From Podarcis gaigeae (taxonomy: Eukaryota): a stretch of 64,000 nucleotides of DNA. Below are positions 34,921 through 46,526 of the stretch, piece after piece. Within the stretch, counting starts at the first letter, position 1; each line of letters begins with the position of its first letter. The notes below the pieces were generated by a model that saw only the letters and a list, made by a program, of their open reading frames with translations, made no database searches and was not told where the DNA came from. The stretch is from assembly GCA_964106915.2 (NCBI GenBank), contig OZ066917.1. The stretch is one strand, 5' to 3'. The translations under genes and the position numbers were made by a program.

Positions 34921-36071
34921 TCCGTTGTTCAGCGCCCGCTCCCTCCCGCCATTCAATGGCCTCCACCAGATTAAGTCTGATTTAAAGTTGAACGCAGGGG
35001 AAAGACTGGGAACGTCTCTGCTCTCTCCTTTTCTGTTTCTGACCACGGCTTTGTTCCTGGTTTTTTGTGTCTCCCAGAACCTGGAGGAAGGGGGACTCCT
35101 GGATCCCCGGCTGAAGGGTCAGCGAGAAAGATCCCTTCGATCCCTCCGGAAGAGGCTCGGGCGAGAGACGGCTGTGCTGCTGGCCTTAGGCTTGTGGGTT
35201 CCTCGGCTCTCCTTTCCCCAGAGGAAGCAAGCGCCGTCCGTCCGAGTCGCCCTCCATCACGGCCAGCCCACACCAACAAATGACACGCCGCAGCTTTGTG
35301 GTCCTCGCCCGTTCCCCAGCCTCCCCGATGTCCCTCGGTCCCACCGCGGCACCCACCCACACCTGCAGGCGATGCTGGGTTGAAAAAACAGAGAAGCCTC
35401 GGGCGCGCCCGGGCACTGCGCTCTCCACCAAGTGGTCCGGGTCCCTGCCTGACATCAGCAGCCTTCTCTTCCTTTCAGGCCCCTGGGCAGGGCAGGGAGA
35501 GGGACTCTTCTCGCCCCACCCCCACCCCTTCCCCTAGGCTAGCCTTGAACTTGAGCTGGCCTTGGCTGCCACCATGGCCCTAGCCTTGCCAGCCAGCACC
35601 CACAAAGACTCGGCATCTTGGACGGGGAGGGAACTCAGGCAGCTTTAGAAACGGATGGCGAGGCGAAATAGAGACCTGCCCAGGAGATGGAGGTTTACAG
35701 ATACAGATACATGGCGAACGCCCGTCTGAATCAGACGAAAGTGGGCTCCAATACTCATCTCTCCTGTATAATGCATGAGAGAACATACGTCTAGGATGTA
35801 TGTAATAGAACGCACTATAAATAATACAAAGCAGCTGCGTAAAAAAGCTGGTGGAGAGAGAGAGGCAGCCCCCACTCCACCGTGTCCGGCTGGAAACCCC
35901 GAAAGTTGCTCATCCCTTCAGACTCTCGCGAAATGGTCTCCTTGGATTCAACGAGACTTACTTTCGAGTATACATCGGTAGAGATCAGGGCTAAATCCTT
36001 GCAAAAATTGCAGACCCAGAGTCGTCAAACGGATATGCATATCCAGAAATGACTAAAAAACTAGAATACGC

Positions 36072-36143
<72 letters not shown>
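36072..36143. repeat. Compound (TAT)n(TAC)n microsatellite
   Basis: Seen directly. Confidence 0.95.
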
Positions 36144-37465
36144 ATTTTCCCCTTCTGTTCCAGCTCTCCCCAATCGCTCAGGTTTGAATCTGTCTTTCAG
36201 CTTTGATTCTGCAAAGATTTCCCCCGCCTTTGGTTTCGTTTATGTTTCCTAATTATGATTTGTGATGATTGCAACAACATTTAACTAGACTAGCAGCCGC
36301 CGTGTTCTATTACCGAGCAGTGCTATAACTAGTACGATGTGCTCTTGCGTGCTAGGAGTAAATATGCGGCAGTGTCAAACTACGTAAGTTGTAAGTATGC
36401 AATACCAACTTAAGTAGTTGAATGGGGACTAGTAGTGGCACTTTGCGCTCTCATCTGTAAAAGGGAACCTGAAGAACCGGCGCGCGCGTTACCGATGCAG
36501 TGGCAACCGGTTGCTAAACCACAGCAGCCCCAAAGAACTGTGTGTGGAAAGGTAGCTCGATTAAAAACAGTGAGGGGTGTGTGGTTTGTGTGTGTGAACT
36601 TCCCAGGAAGGTACGAAGGACAGAGGACTTTACCCGCCCTGCCAGACCTGAACTGGCGAGCAGGCACAGTGATAACTTAAACCGATTTGCGGAATCCCAG
36701 TTTTAAATGGCCTGATCTGAAACAATCTAGTTTAACATTTTCTCTTCCAGCGCAATCCCGCGTGCGTTTCCTCGGGAGGGAGTGTCTTTGTGTCCATCGG
36801 GGACCGTTCCCTCACCAGCAAGTGTGTAGAGGGTGGCAGGCTTCGAAAATCTTAAAGACAAACTCGTCGAAGGGGGTCCAAGCCAGCCTCCTTTTCAATA
36901 AGGCGGAAGGAGAATTTATCAGTTGCGGGAAATCCATTTCTGCTATTGAGTACACTGACTTGGGAAGGTGGATTTCGGTGGGACCGAGTTCCACCAAAGA
37001 AGCACCCTCGACCTCTCTCTTTTCAAGCCAGTCGAAGAAAACCTCCTCTTGCTTTTTGGAGGGGAAATGCTGTTTGCTCGCTTGGGCGTTCCTGGGCTGT
37101 CCTGCTCAGCTGCGCTGCCGACACAGAAGCTTTCCCTCTGGAAGTTGGGCACGATCCAGCCGAAAATCGGAACACTTTGCAACACCCGCCTCACTGTTAC
37201 CAATGGGACTTGAAAGTGCTTAGCTTTGTATGGACGGGGCCCCGCTGGGGACACCTTACTTAATGGTCGGTTCCCCGCTGATGCTCGAGACGGAGGTTGC
37301 CCCCTGCCCAGCCACGGAGAGGCGAAGGATAAATGGAGGTCAAGGTCAGCCAGAGTAGACAGCAACCCTATCCTCAGCACTGAAAGGGGTCGATTCCCAA
37401 GTAAGTGGACGTCGGCGAACAGCTTTAACGCAGCTTCTCTCTTAAGGCTTCCTTCGCTCGGTTAA

Positions 37466-37551
37466 AGACTGCAATCCTCGGCACGCCTACCTGCGAGCAA
37501 ATCCCACTGATATTAAACACTGAAGGAGATAGGGTGCATAGGATCGGGCTG
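37466..37551. mobile_element. ~90-bp palindromic MITE-like copy
   Basis: taa|agactgcaatcctcggcacgcctacctgcgagcaaatcccactga...gtgcataggatcgggctg|tta. Confidence 0.6.
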
Positions 37552-40060
37552 TTACTCGGTGGTTCTTTGGAGGAAAGTGCTTTCCTTCGTACTACAACGT
37601 CAAGGCACGAAAGCCCGCTCCAGCCACTTTTCCCAGCGGGTCTTGCTTCCGAGGAGACGCGCCTCGAATCGCGCTGCCCAGGCATTGCTCCAGAGAGCGA
37701 ACCCTCCAGGACGTTCTCCTCCGCAAGCCCCTCTGGAAAGACTCGCAAGGGCTTGTGCACAAGACGTTCTTAGAGGAGGCTGAACTGGAAGATACTTGCC
37801 AAGGGATTTCCCCAAACTCCGCTTCATTAAAAGTATACTTCAGCCTGCAACCTGAGACTTAACTGGAAAGAAAACTCCCCTGGAAACCAGAGGGGCTTTT
37901 TAGCAAGTGGGTTGCAAAGGAACACACCCCCCCCCAGGTATGGAGGGAGGGAGCTTAGCCAAGGTGCTGCACAAACGGAAGATGCAACATATCTGGTGGG
38001 CAGGGGAGAGGGGACTTTGGCTTTGCAGGGCTGGGCCAGTGGGATATGGAGGGCCAGTGGGATGGGAGAGAGAGAAGACAGGGGAGCAACTTGCTCCGTT
38101 TCGATTCTAGGGCGGCAGTTCTACCCGCACATGGGAGTCGGTCTTCTTTAAAATAATAGCATTTGCTTCTCAGTAAATATGCTTTTAACGCTTCATACGC
38201 AAGCCGAAGGCTATATCCCAAAAGACAGGGTCGGTTTCCCCCACCCACAGCAGGAAAGGGCTGGAGAAGGAAGACAGGGGGGTGTGTGTGTGTGAGAGAG
38301 AGAGAGTGTGTCACTTCAAAGGCCTCACAAGTCTAGAGAGGAAAAGCCAAAACAAAACGCCTTGGCCCCGTTTACTTCCTTTGGAGGTGCTCCTGCCTGG
38401 GAACCGGGCCGACTCCGATTCTCTCTGCCACCCCTACTCCAAGCAGAAAACCTGTGACTGGCGAGACCTTTCTCCATCACCGACTGAGTGCATTGGTAGC
38501 ATTGGTAGCAACGACAATTTATGGCTCTCAGAAGCGACAAGGAATCGGTCTCATGCACACACATGAGCACACAGGAGATAAGTAAATAATAATTTTATAA
38601 ACTATATAGGGTGATCTGTTCATCCGTCTACAGTGAGATAAGAAATATCTCCCTATAAATATATCAATAAAATATATAGTTTCCTGGGTTGAAGATTAGG
38701 GGAGGTGTCTTTCGGTTACCAGGGTGCGGTGGGCATATTTAAAATGTGCAGTGTTTGATCAGGGAGTCGAATTTCAATCCGCCACCCATGGTAAGACACC
38801 GGGGTCCATTACTAACCCGATCCTAAACACGCGACCTCCTATAAGCCAAGACATTGAGGTTGGCGCTGTCCCCGCTTCGACGACGTCTTGCAAAATGGTC
38901 TATAATTATAAACTCCATAATTAAATGGAGCTGGGTGTTCCAAGGCAGCAAAACGCCGATAGATGTGAGGGAACAGGAGTCGAGGAAGCTCAAAGTCGTG
39001 TTCAGAGTAAGCTGTTTCGGTACGTATACAAGATCCTACCCTCCCCCCAAGTAAGTCAGGACAGCGTACAGTAGGAGTGCCCCCCCCACAACAACCCTGT
39101 GACGAACGACTGGCTTATGAGGTCATCCAAAGAACAACCGCCAACTCGGCTAGGATAGCCCCCTGCATTTTTCAGAGTGCTACAACTATAATTCAGCAAC
39201 ATAATTCTCTCTCTCTCCATGGCTCCTCTTCCCACAAGGAATCTCCTCCGCTTTCTCCTGCCGGCTCTTGGGAGAAAGCCGCCTCCCTCTAACCCAGACA
39301 TCTTGTCCTGGGGTGCAAAACTCCACCTGCCCCGTGGGAAATGGGGGTTTCCAGCAGCACCCAGGGCACCCTGGCAAGAGAAGCAAGGGCCTGGAGGAGG
39401 TGGCTTGCCTTGTGGGCCTAGGCGGTTCCCTTTCAGATCCCAAGGGAATTCGCCCCTTCGGAGCGCACGTGCTCGGGATCTGGGCGTGCCAGATGGCTGC
39501 TGCGTGCGGGGTGGTTTGTGGGCGCTCTGTCAAGGATGACACCTGCTCAGAGCTGTTCTTCCTTTGCAGCAGCTCCTTCCTCTCTCGCTTGATTTTGTTG
39601 CCCATTCCCTTCTCCACCCGAGAAGTCGTGGGGCTGAAGCGGGGTTGTGGCGGTGGTGGGGAGATGAGGACCCCAGAGGGGGTGGCACTGGGGCCAGCTG
39701 GGCGACAGGAGGGCGAGAGGGAAAGGTCACCCCCAGGCGACACCCCCCCCCCCATTTATGCTGCGGGGGTATTGATCCGCCCAGAAAGATCAACGTGAAA
39801 GCCGGTGTGTCATGCATACTAATGAGAGCCGTTTGCAGAATTTAATTAGCCTTGACTTTCCCCCACTTCGTTCTCCTTCTCCTCCTCTCGGCGATATTTT
39901 ACGCGCGTCTTGCCCAGGCGAGACTGCCTGCTGGCCGCGTGGCGACGCCTCCTGCCAAAGAGGATCGGCCTGACTTGCTACTACTCCGGGCCAGGAGCGG
40001 ACGAGCACCAAGGAAACAGGCGTCCTTCCAGGCCCCGCCCTCTTCTGAAAACAAATAAAT

Positions 40061-40158
40061 AGGGTCGAGGGTTCGAGTCCCACGTTGGGCAAAAGAGTCA
40101 GGAGGTTGGACTAGATGACCCTAGGGATCCCTTCCAACTCTACCGTTCTATGATTCTA
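40061..40158 (+). mobile_element. Short tRNA-derived SINE with CR1-like tail
   Basis: agggtcgaggGTTCGAGTCCcacgttgggc...ggttggactagatgaccctagggatcccttccaactctaccgttctatgattcta. Confidence 0.8.
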
Positions 40159-43100
40159 CGAAACAACAAACCTTTCCTTGGACAATAGATGCCTTCCACA
40201 TTTCGACTTTTAGGCCCAAATTGCAGTCAGAGAGGAAAGGAGTACCAGTGGGAGGCTTCACGGCTTACTTCCGTTGTTTACTTCGGAGTAAGCCCGCTTC
40301 GGGTTCAGGTACACAAGCCCGTAGTGGTGATAAGCAGCTTGCTTGCCCCGATCCAAAGAAAGAAAAGCGAAGCCCGCTTACTCATAAACTGCGCTGCAAG
40401 CAATAGGCTTTACTTCTAGTGTGGACTTCCGCATCTGTTATTTACGGCAGGAGATCTCACTTGCTCAGGGCGGCTTATTCCCCAGATAAAGGAAGCACGA
40501 CATCGCAGCTTTCCCTAGAAGTCTGTCTACATCTGAACTTAAATGGGTCTACTCGAAATTAAGGCCCGTGAACAGAACTTTCTTTCAGGTAAGTGCGACT
40601 GGACTCGCAGCCTCTGGAGAACCCGATCCTCCAGCTCCAGACACTGTATTAAGGCTGTAATCCTGTGCATTGTCCCCTGGGGGGGAAAGCCCCATCGACT
40701 AGAGTGGCACTTCCTCCTCAGTAAACATGCTCTTGTAAAGCTACCATCTTCAATCCCATTCAACTAATCCAGATTTACTCCTAAATAAACATTTAGTAGA
40801 CTGCCAGTTTAATTGATTTAGCCGCTACACTCACTTCCATCTACACGCGTCCAGGCTCGCTCTGGGTCCTCAAAGTATTCAAAGCGCCCATTGCAGCGAC
40901 GGAAAAAACCACTTTACTCAAGGGAGAAGCCCCCACTGGCACGTGATTAACTTCTGGGGTTGCAGCAGCTAAACTGTCCCAAGACACCGCATTGCCACTC
41001 TCCCAGCCGCCAGCTGTTCCGTTTCCTTGCCTCTGGTCCACCGAGCTCTTTACGCGTTTAGGTTGCAGGGTTGCTCGGTGGAGGGTGGAGAGGAAGGGTG
41101 GTACCATGGGGCAGAATTTGATGGACGGATGTTCAGGGGCCCCACTTAGGGCTCCTCGATGCAGCAGGGCGCGCTTACCACGTATTGGAGTAAGTGTGGC
41201 AATTCACACGGCCATCATTCTAAACGGCGGGGGTGGGTGGGTGGGTGGGGAGTAATAAAACCATTGTCCCGGGTCTAAAATTACCACAGTGCACCACTGG
41301 GGGTCGGGGGGGGGGTAGAAGAAAACGAAAGTAAGTCCTCGCCTGCCTTTTTCTCCCTCTGCCCATTTCTGCCTGGCATAGATGGGAGCGAGCGGGGAGG
41401 CGAGCCAGGACTTTCCCATTCTCCCAGCTGCTGTCGCCTAGCCTCGTGCAGCGACGCACCATTCTCGCTCCAAACCCATTTCCAACAACTTCTTTGTTAA
41501 TCCGGAATCCTCGAGAAAGGCGATGGCTGGGAGAGGGAGGGGGGAGCCGTCTGGGAGTAGAAAACACACACACACACACACACACAGAAACTCCACACCC
41601 ACGTGGTTCTCAGCAGGTCTCCAGCCCCAAGTCTTTGCGCTCGCTCGCCATTTGCGCACTGATTTATGATGGAAGTAATTTAAACGGGGAGAGTTTACGG
41701 CTGGAGTTATTAGACGGAACACCTCCGCCTGACACCGCCGCTCTTCCTTCTCTCTCTCTCTCTCCCCACCGCGCAACCCGTTTCCCAAGCCTGCAGCTGC
41801 GAGGCACGGCTAGCGCCAAGTTCAGGCCGAGCCGCCGCCGCCGCACATTCCTCCACCGCGCGCGCTTCCTTCTCCTCCGGGATCAAAGGCGCAGCGAGGA
41901 AGCGCGACGGATTTGAGAAGGCGGGGACGTGTCCACTCATACTAGACCTTGAAAGGAGTGGGGGTAGTGGGGGGAGGGAGCACAACACCCCAAACAAACA
42001 CGGAACCTAACCCAACGAAGCTGTCGCTTCGTGCCCCCTCATCTCCAGCCATTAAACAAAAATTAACCCGGCACTTTTGGGGCGTCTCCAGTAAACAAAA
42101 TTGAAATAACCAGCTATGATGGCGGCAAAATGACCGACTATGATGGCGGCGGCAAAATCAGAGACTGTTTAGTCTGGCATCTCTTCTCCCAAGCCGACTC
42201 CCTGGAGACTGAAGTCAGGCATGGGGGAGGGCGAGGGAGATATTTTTTTTAAAAACGGGGGGGGGGAGAGAAAAGAAATGTTCAGGGAAGTGTGTGAGAG
42301 AGACAGAGAGAGAAAGAATCCTGTACAATTAACTAGAATACAGCGTGTGAACTGTGAAAGGAGACACACACGCAGAGAGAGAGTACCGGTATATACATTA
42401 GGCTAGAAAATGCACAAAGTGTTTGATGGAATGAAACAGCTTAGGATATATACCATAAAACAACTGGCACAACAGGTTCGATCCAGGGCAAGTGAAGCAC
42501 GTTTGTAGAGTTTATGTCCTTGCGAGAGAGGGCAACAGGGTTGCTCGCTCGCTCAACAGCAGATTTCAGCGGGAAGCTGTGTCCGGGCGGTGCCCAATGT
42601 AATAAAAAAACAGGGAAACTGGGAGGCAGGCCGCAAAAAAAAAGAACGAAAGGAAGAAAGTATGTTATTTTAAGTCGGGCTCATTACAGAAATAAGGAAC
42701 AAGAATGCATCTCTAGAAGGCCCCTACAGGACTCTTTTCAATAGAGAGGTCTCAGCAGGTGAGATATTTTGTTCCTTGCTGGTGCCAGAGCCTATTCCAT
42801 AGGTGAAACCCCTTCAGGTCCTCAGTGGATCAAACCTTTTGGAATATCAAGGGCTGAGGAATATCCAAGGTGTTGACCACACTTTCAGCTCTTAATCCCG
42901 CAAAGTTTTGCGGTATCAAAACACTAACACATCACTTTTACCAGGGAGACAAAGTAACTGTCCCACAATTTCAGGAGAAACCAGGAATTCTGGTTTCAAT
43001 AAAAGTATGAATCCACGCGGGTCCCTCCGTGGCAACCCCACCCTGATTTCATATGCCCTGAAGTGCTTCATTACCCTTTCCACCCATTCTTATTCGATCA

Positions 43101-44933
43101 TAGCTTTATAGAAGCATGATACTTAAGTAATCCGGCACAGAACAGTTCTTTAACTTATTAACCTTTTCTGCCCCTTCAAGTTGAAGAGGAAGGCGAGAAT
43201 GGGGGAGGAGGAGGAGATAAATTCCCTTAGAAAGAGGTTTCAAATATTTGAGTTCTGGGGAACAGAGCAGTCACCGAACTGGGAACTGGAGCGAGCTGAA
43301 TACAACTTAATTTTAAAACACCATTCCAGGGTTTTTATTTCTCTAGATAAATGCTGGGGAGGGTTTATGGTCTTGTAAACTGGATACCCGGAGTTGCTAT
43401 AAATGGCTGACTGTAGACTCCTGCGATCCGTATTTGGAAAAATTGAACTAATTTTTTTCATTCCAAAGACCAGCTTGTAAGGACTCTTTCCCTGTCTTAT
43501 TCGTTGTTGAGAATTCTACTATCAAGTGCGTATATTTGGGGTATATGAAGACTCCCAGACCAGTCTGCCTTTTGGAACGATTTCGAATTCTCCCTAAACC
43601 TCCCCAAAAAAACCATAACGAGGAGTGGATTTCTATTTATGACAGGTGGGTCCGCCTTAAGAATTCGTGGTTATTCTGGCAGGTTTGACGTCCTTAAATA
43701 CAAACAGATTTCCAGGCAATCCATTTCCAAGCAACTAAATGTGTTTACCTGCTAGTAAGTCCTTCTTTTTAAAGGGACTGTATCTCAGTCAACCAGGGGC
43801 CTCGTCTGGCTTCTAGCATTTTGTGTTGCCAAGGAGGCCTGAAGACATGAACCAGAGCGGAGTTGCCAGAACGGAAATACAGGAAGTCGAAGATGCTTAC
43901 TTAATTGTGCCAAGAATTAACAACACACAGTGAAACTATATAAAATTGCAAACACGTATCTAGTCCTTATCAGTTATTCCTTTTCACTCAATGTCTAAAA
44001 TACCGGAAGGCTAGAAATGTACCTCTGACCAACGAGGTACAATACTGTCTGCAGACTTACCTTACATTCCCGCAAGAAAAAGGGATAGAGAACTAAAAAA
44101 ACAAAAGTAAAGAGTGGGGAGGAAATCGTAAAGAAAGGAGAAATAAAGCACAGCTCTGAACTCAGGGAAGCGGGAGATCGGCATTGCTGATTCCAGACAA
44201 CACGTGATTATTTCTGAGAAGCACCTAAATCTCTCCAGCCAACTAACTGACCGAACTACATATTATTATAAAAACTTGAAATGAATGTATGCCTTGAAGA
44301 CACATTTGCTTGATAAAGGATGACAATTTAGCCTGTGTGTTCGTTTTTAATTCCATGTTATGGTTATTATGCGGCATAAAAAACGATCACAGCAAAAGAC
44401 CGAGGCGCTGTTTGCGAGTATTGGAACAATTAGACAGATTCGTACAATTACATGCAAATAGATGCAGTACACGCGTGTTCTCAGTTAGTGCTTATGCCGG
44501 TGGTATGTCTATAGCTGTCTGTCCATCTCTAAATTCATTTCACTGACCTTTTCATTTCCTTTATTTTAATTCTGAAGTGAAATGAAAAGTTTTGCAGTAA
44601 TCCTTGCTGGCCGCTGCTGACCTGTCCTTTGCCCATTCCCATCTTCGCTGACATCTCAAAGGGTGCTTTCTGGTCATTCCCTCCAAATAATATACACATT
44701 GATACATATTGAAACTCTCTCTCTCTCTCCTTCCCCGCCCACAAATTATTTCCAAAGCCCTCCATTTCCTACTTGCTAAAGAAGATTTGGAATAGAAAAC
44801 TGGGGTTTAACCAAAGTGACGCCTCAGATTCCTGGTGGAATGCGCCTAGGCAGTTTTCCTTAGATGTAGAGAAATATTCAGTGTTTCCTTCGCTTAGTGT
44901 CACTACATTGAACGTGACCTACGCACCCAGTAA

Positions 44934-45023
44934 GGTTGCAGTCCTATTCCCACTTATCTGGGAGGACAAGGCCCATTTCATTCAATGGGACTTACTTGAG
45001 TAGACTTGTATAGGATGGCGCTG
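44934..45023. mobile_element. 90-bp palindromic MITE-like copy with TAA on both sides
   Basis: TAA|ggttgcagtcctattcccacttatctgggagg..cccatttcattcaatgggacttacttgagtagacttgtataggatggcgctg|TAA. Confidence 0.75.
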
Positions 45024-46384
45024 TAAGTGTGCTTAGGGCTGCAACCGTAGAGACAAGTCAAGTTGAGAGATGTCCCTTTCTAGGCAACATAGAATCACCG
45101 TTTATTTGACCCGAGCGCCGCTTTCCCACGTTTTAAAAGCAGGTCAGTGCAGGGTTAGGGCTTATTATAGTTCGCCCTGCTGTGTCTCTTTCCTCCCTCC
45201 CGGCTTTGACTCAGGATCGAGGCTCTGTGCGGCTGAAATCGACGTTACACTCCACTTGCTCCAGACGCTTATTCTTGGAAGTGGGTAGTCGAGTTGACTC
45301 AGGATCAAAAAGTGGGCACGTGGTAAAAATTACGACCTCGACGTCTGGCACACGTTAAAGAGGCGTCAAGAAACTTTAGACAAAGTGCATTCATCATACT
45401 TCGGGAGGAAAAGCGATACCCTGAACTCAACGAGAAAGTAAATACGCTTCCAAGTCAAGGGAGCTGGTTTACTCACGCCTAAACGCCTCGTTTGGAAGCG
45501 ATCGTCGCTGAAACTAATAGCGCTGGCCTGCAAGTACATAGATTTCAGACCCCTGTGGCAATGTGCTTATTTTCTGCCTATGGTATGGCCCTCCATCCTT
45601 CACATGGGAGTATAGATAGACCCCATATTCTAGTGGTTTTTATCTGGAGGTATGTCCCCATTTCTTTCAGTGGCGTTTACTTCCAGGTAAGCGTGCCACT
45701 TCGAAATAGTACGAACGCCGCAGATCGTCGGCTTTTGCCCTGCGAAACATCAACTCCTGCCGATTGTTATATTTTATTTTTCAGCCCGCCTTCTCAGGCC
45801 AGATAATGCCACCCGGATCATCAACGCGGAGGTGAACTGAAGCTCATCTGAGATCAAGCTGCAAATGATCCCGTTTAGGACTGGAGCGGAGAGGCGAGAC
45901 TTTAAAGCACGCCTGCTTGGAAGTCGAGACCACTCAAAGTAATGGTGAAACAGACCACTTCCGAGCAAGAAGAAAGATCTTAGACAGAGAGAGACCCACT
46001 GTCCTCAGCAGGCCCAACAAGCATTCACAAGAGGACTTGGCATCATCCGTTTAGCCCACAAGCTGCAATGCTATCCGGGTTGTGTAAAAACCCGGTGATG
46101 CACTTCGAAGTAAGCATCTAGGGGGTCGCAGTCTCACACCAGCAGAGAACTGCTCACCTGGAGCAGGGCTTGTGAAACAACCCTGTGCAAACTTTCCCAC
46201 GAGCAAGCCTTCTTGTAGACAGAGGGCCTTGCTTCCCAGTACCTGTAATGGGATCGCGCCAGGACTCTTTTAGTTGAATTCAGTGACCATACGCTGTAAA
46301 GTCTAGATCCGGAGCGACGGTGGAGAAATGTACTTAAGTAATTTACAGCACCATTCCACACGAAAAGACCCTTCTTATGGATTA

Positions 46385-46526
46385 TAGAAACGCCCTCCCA
46401 TCAGATGTCAAGGAGATAAGTAACTATACAACCTTTAGAAGACATCTGAAGGCAGAAGTATTTGATGTTTTGTTACATTTTTATATATGTTGGAAGTGGC
46501 TGGGGCAGCCCAGTCAGATGGGCGGC
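46385..46526 (+). mobile_element. LINE L2 3' fragment
   Basis: aacgccctcccatcagatgtcaaggag...tttagaagacatctgaaggcag (NALP..FRRHLKA, end of an L2 ORF2) followed by gtggctgggg..cccagtcagatgggcgg. Confidence 0.7.

Noticed and set aside
40260-40750. CRISPR-like or satellite interpretation of the recurring palindromic units
   Set aside because: Vertebrate DNA; units are divergent, irregularly spaced, dispersed across the window and TAA-flanked, fitting MITE relics; no cas genes.
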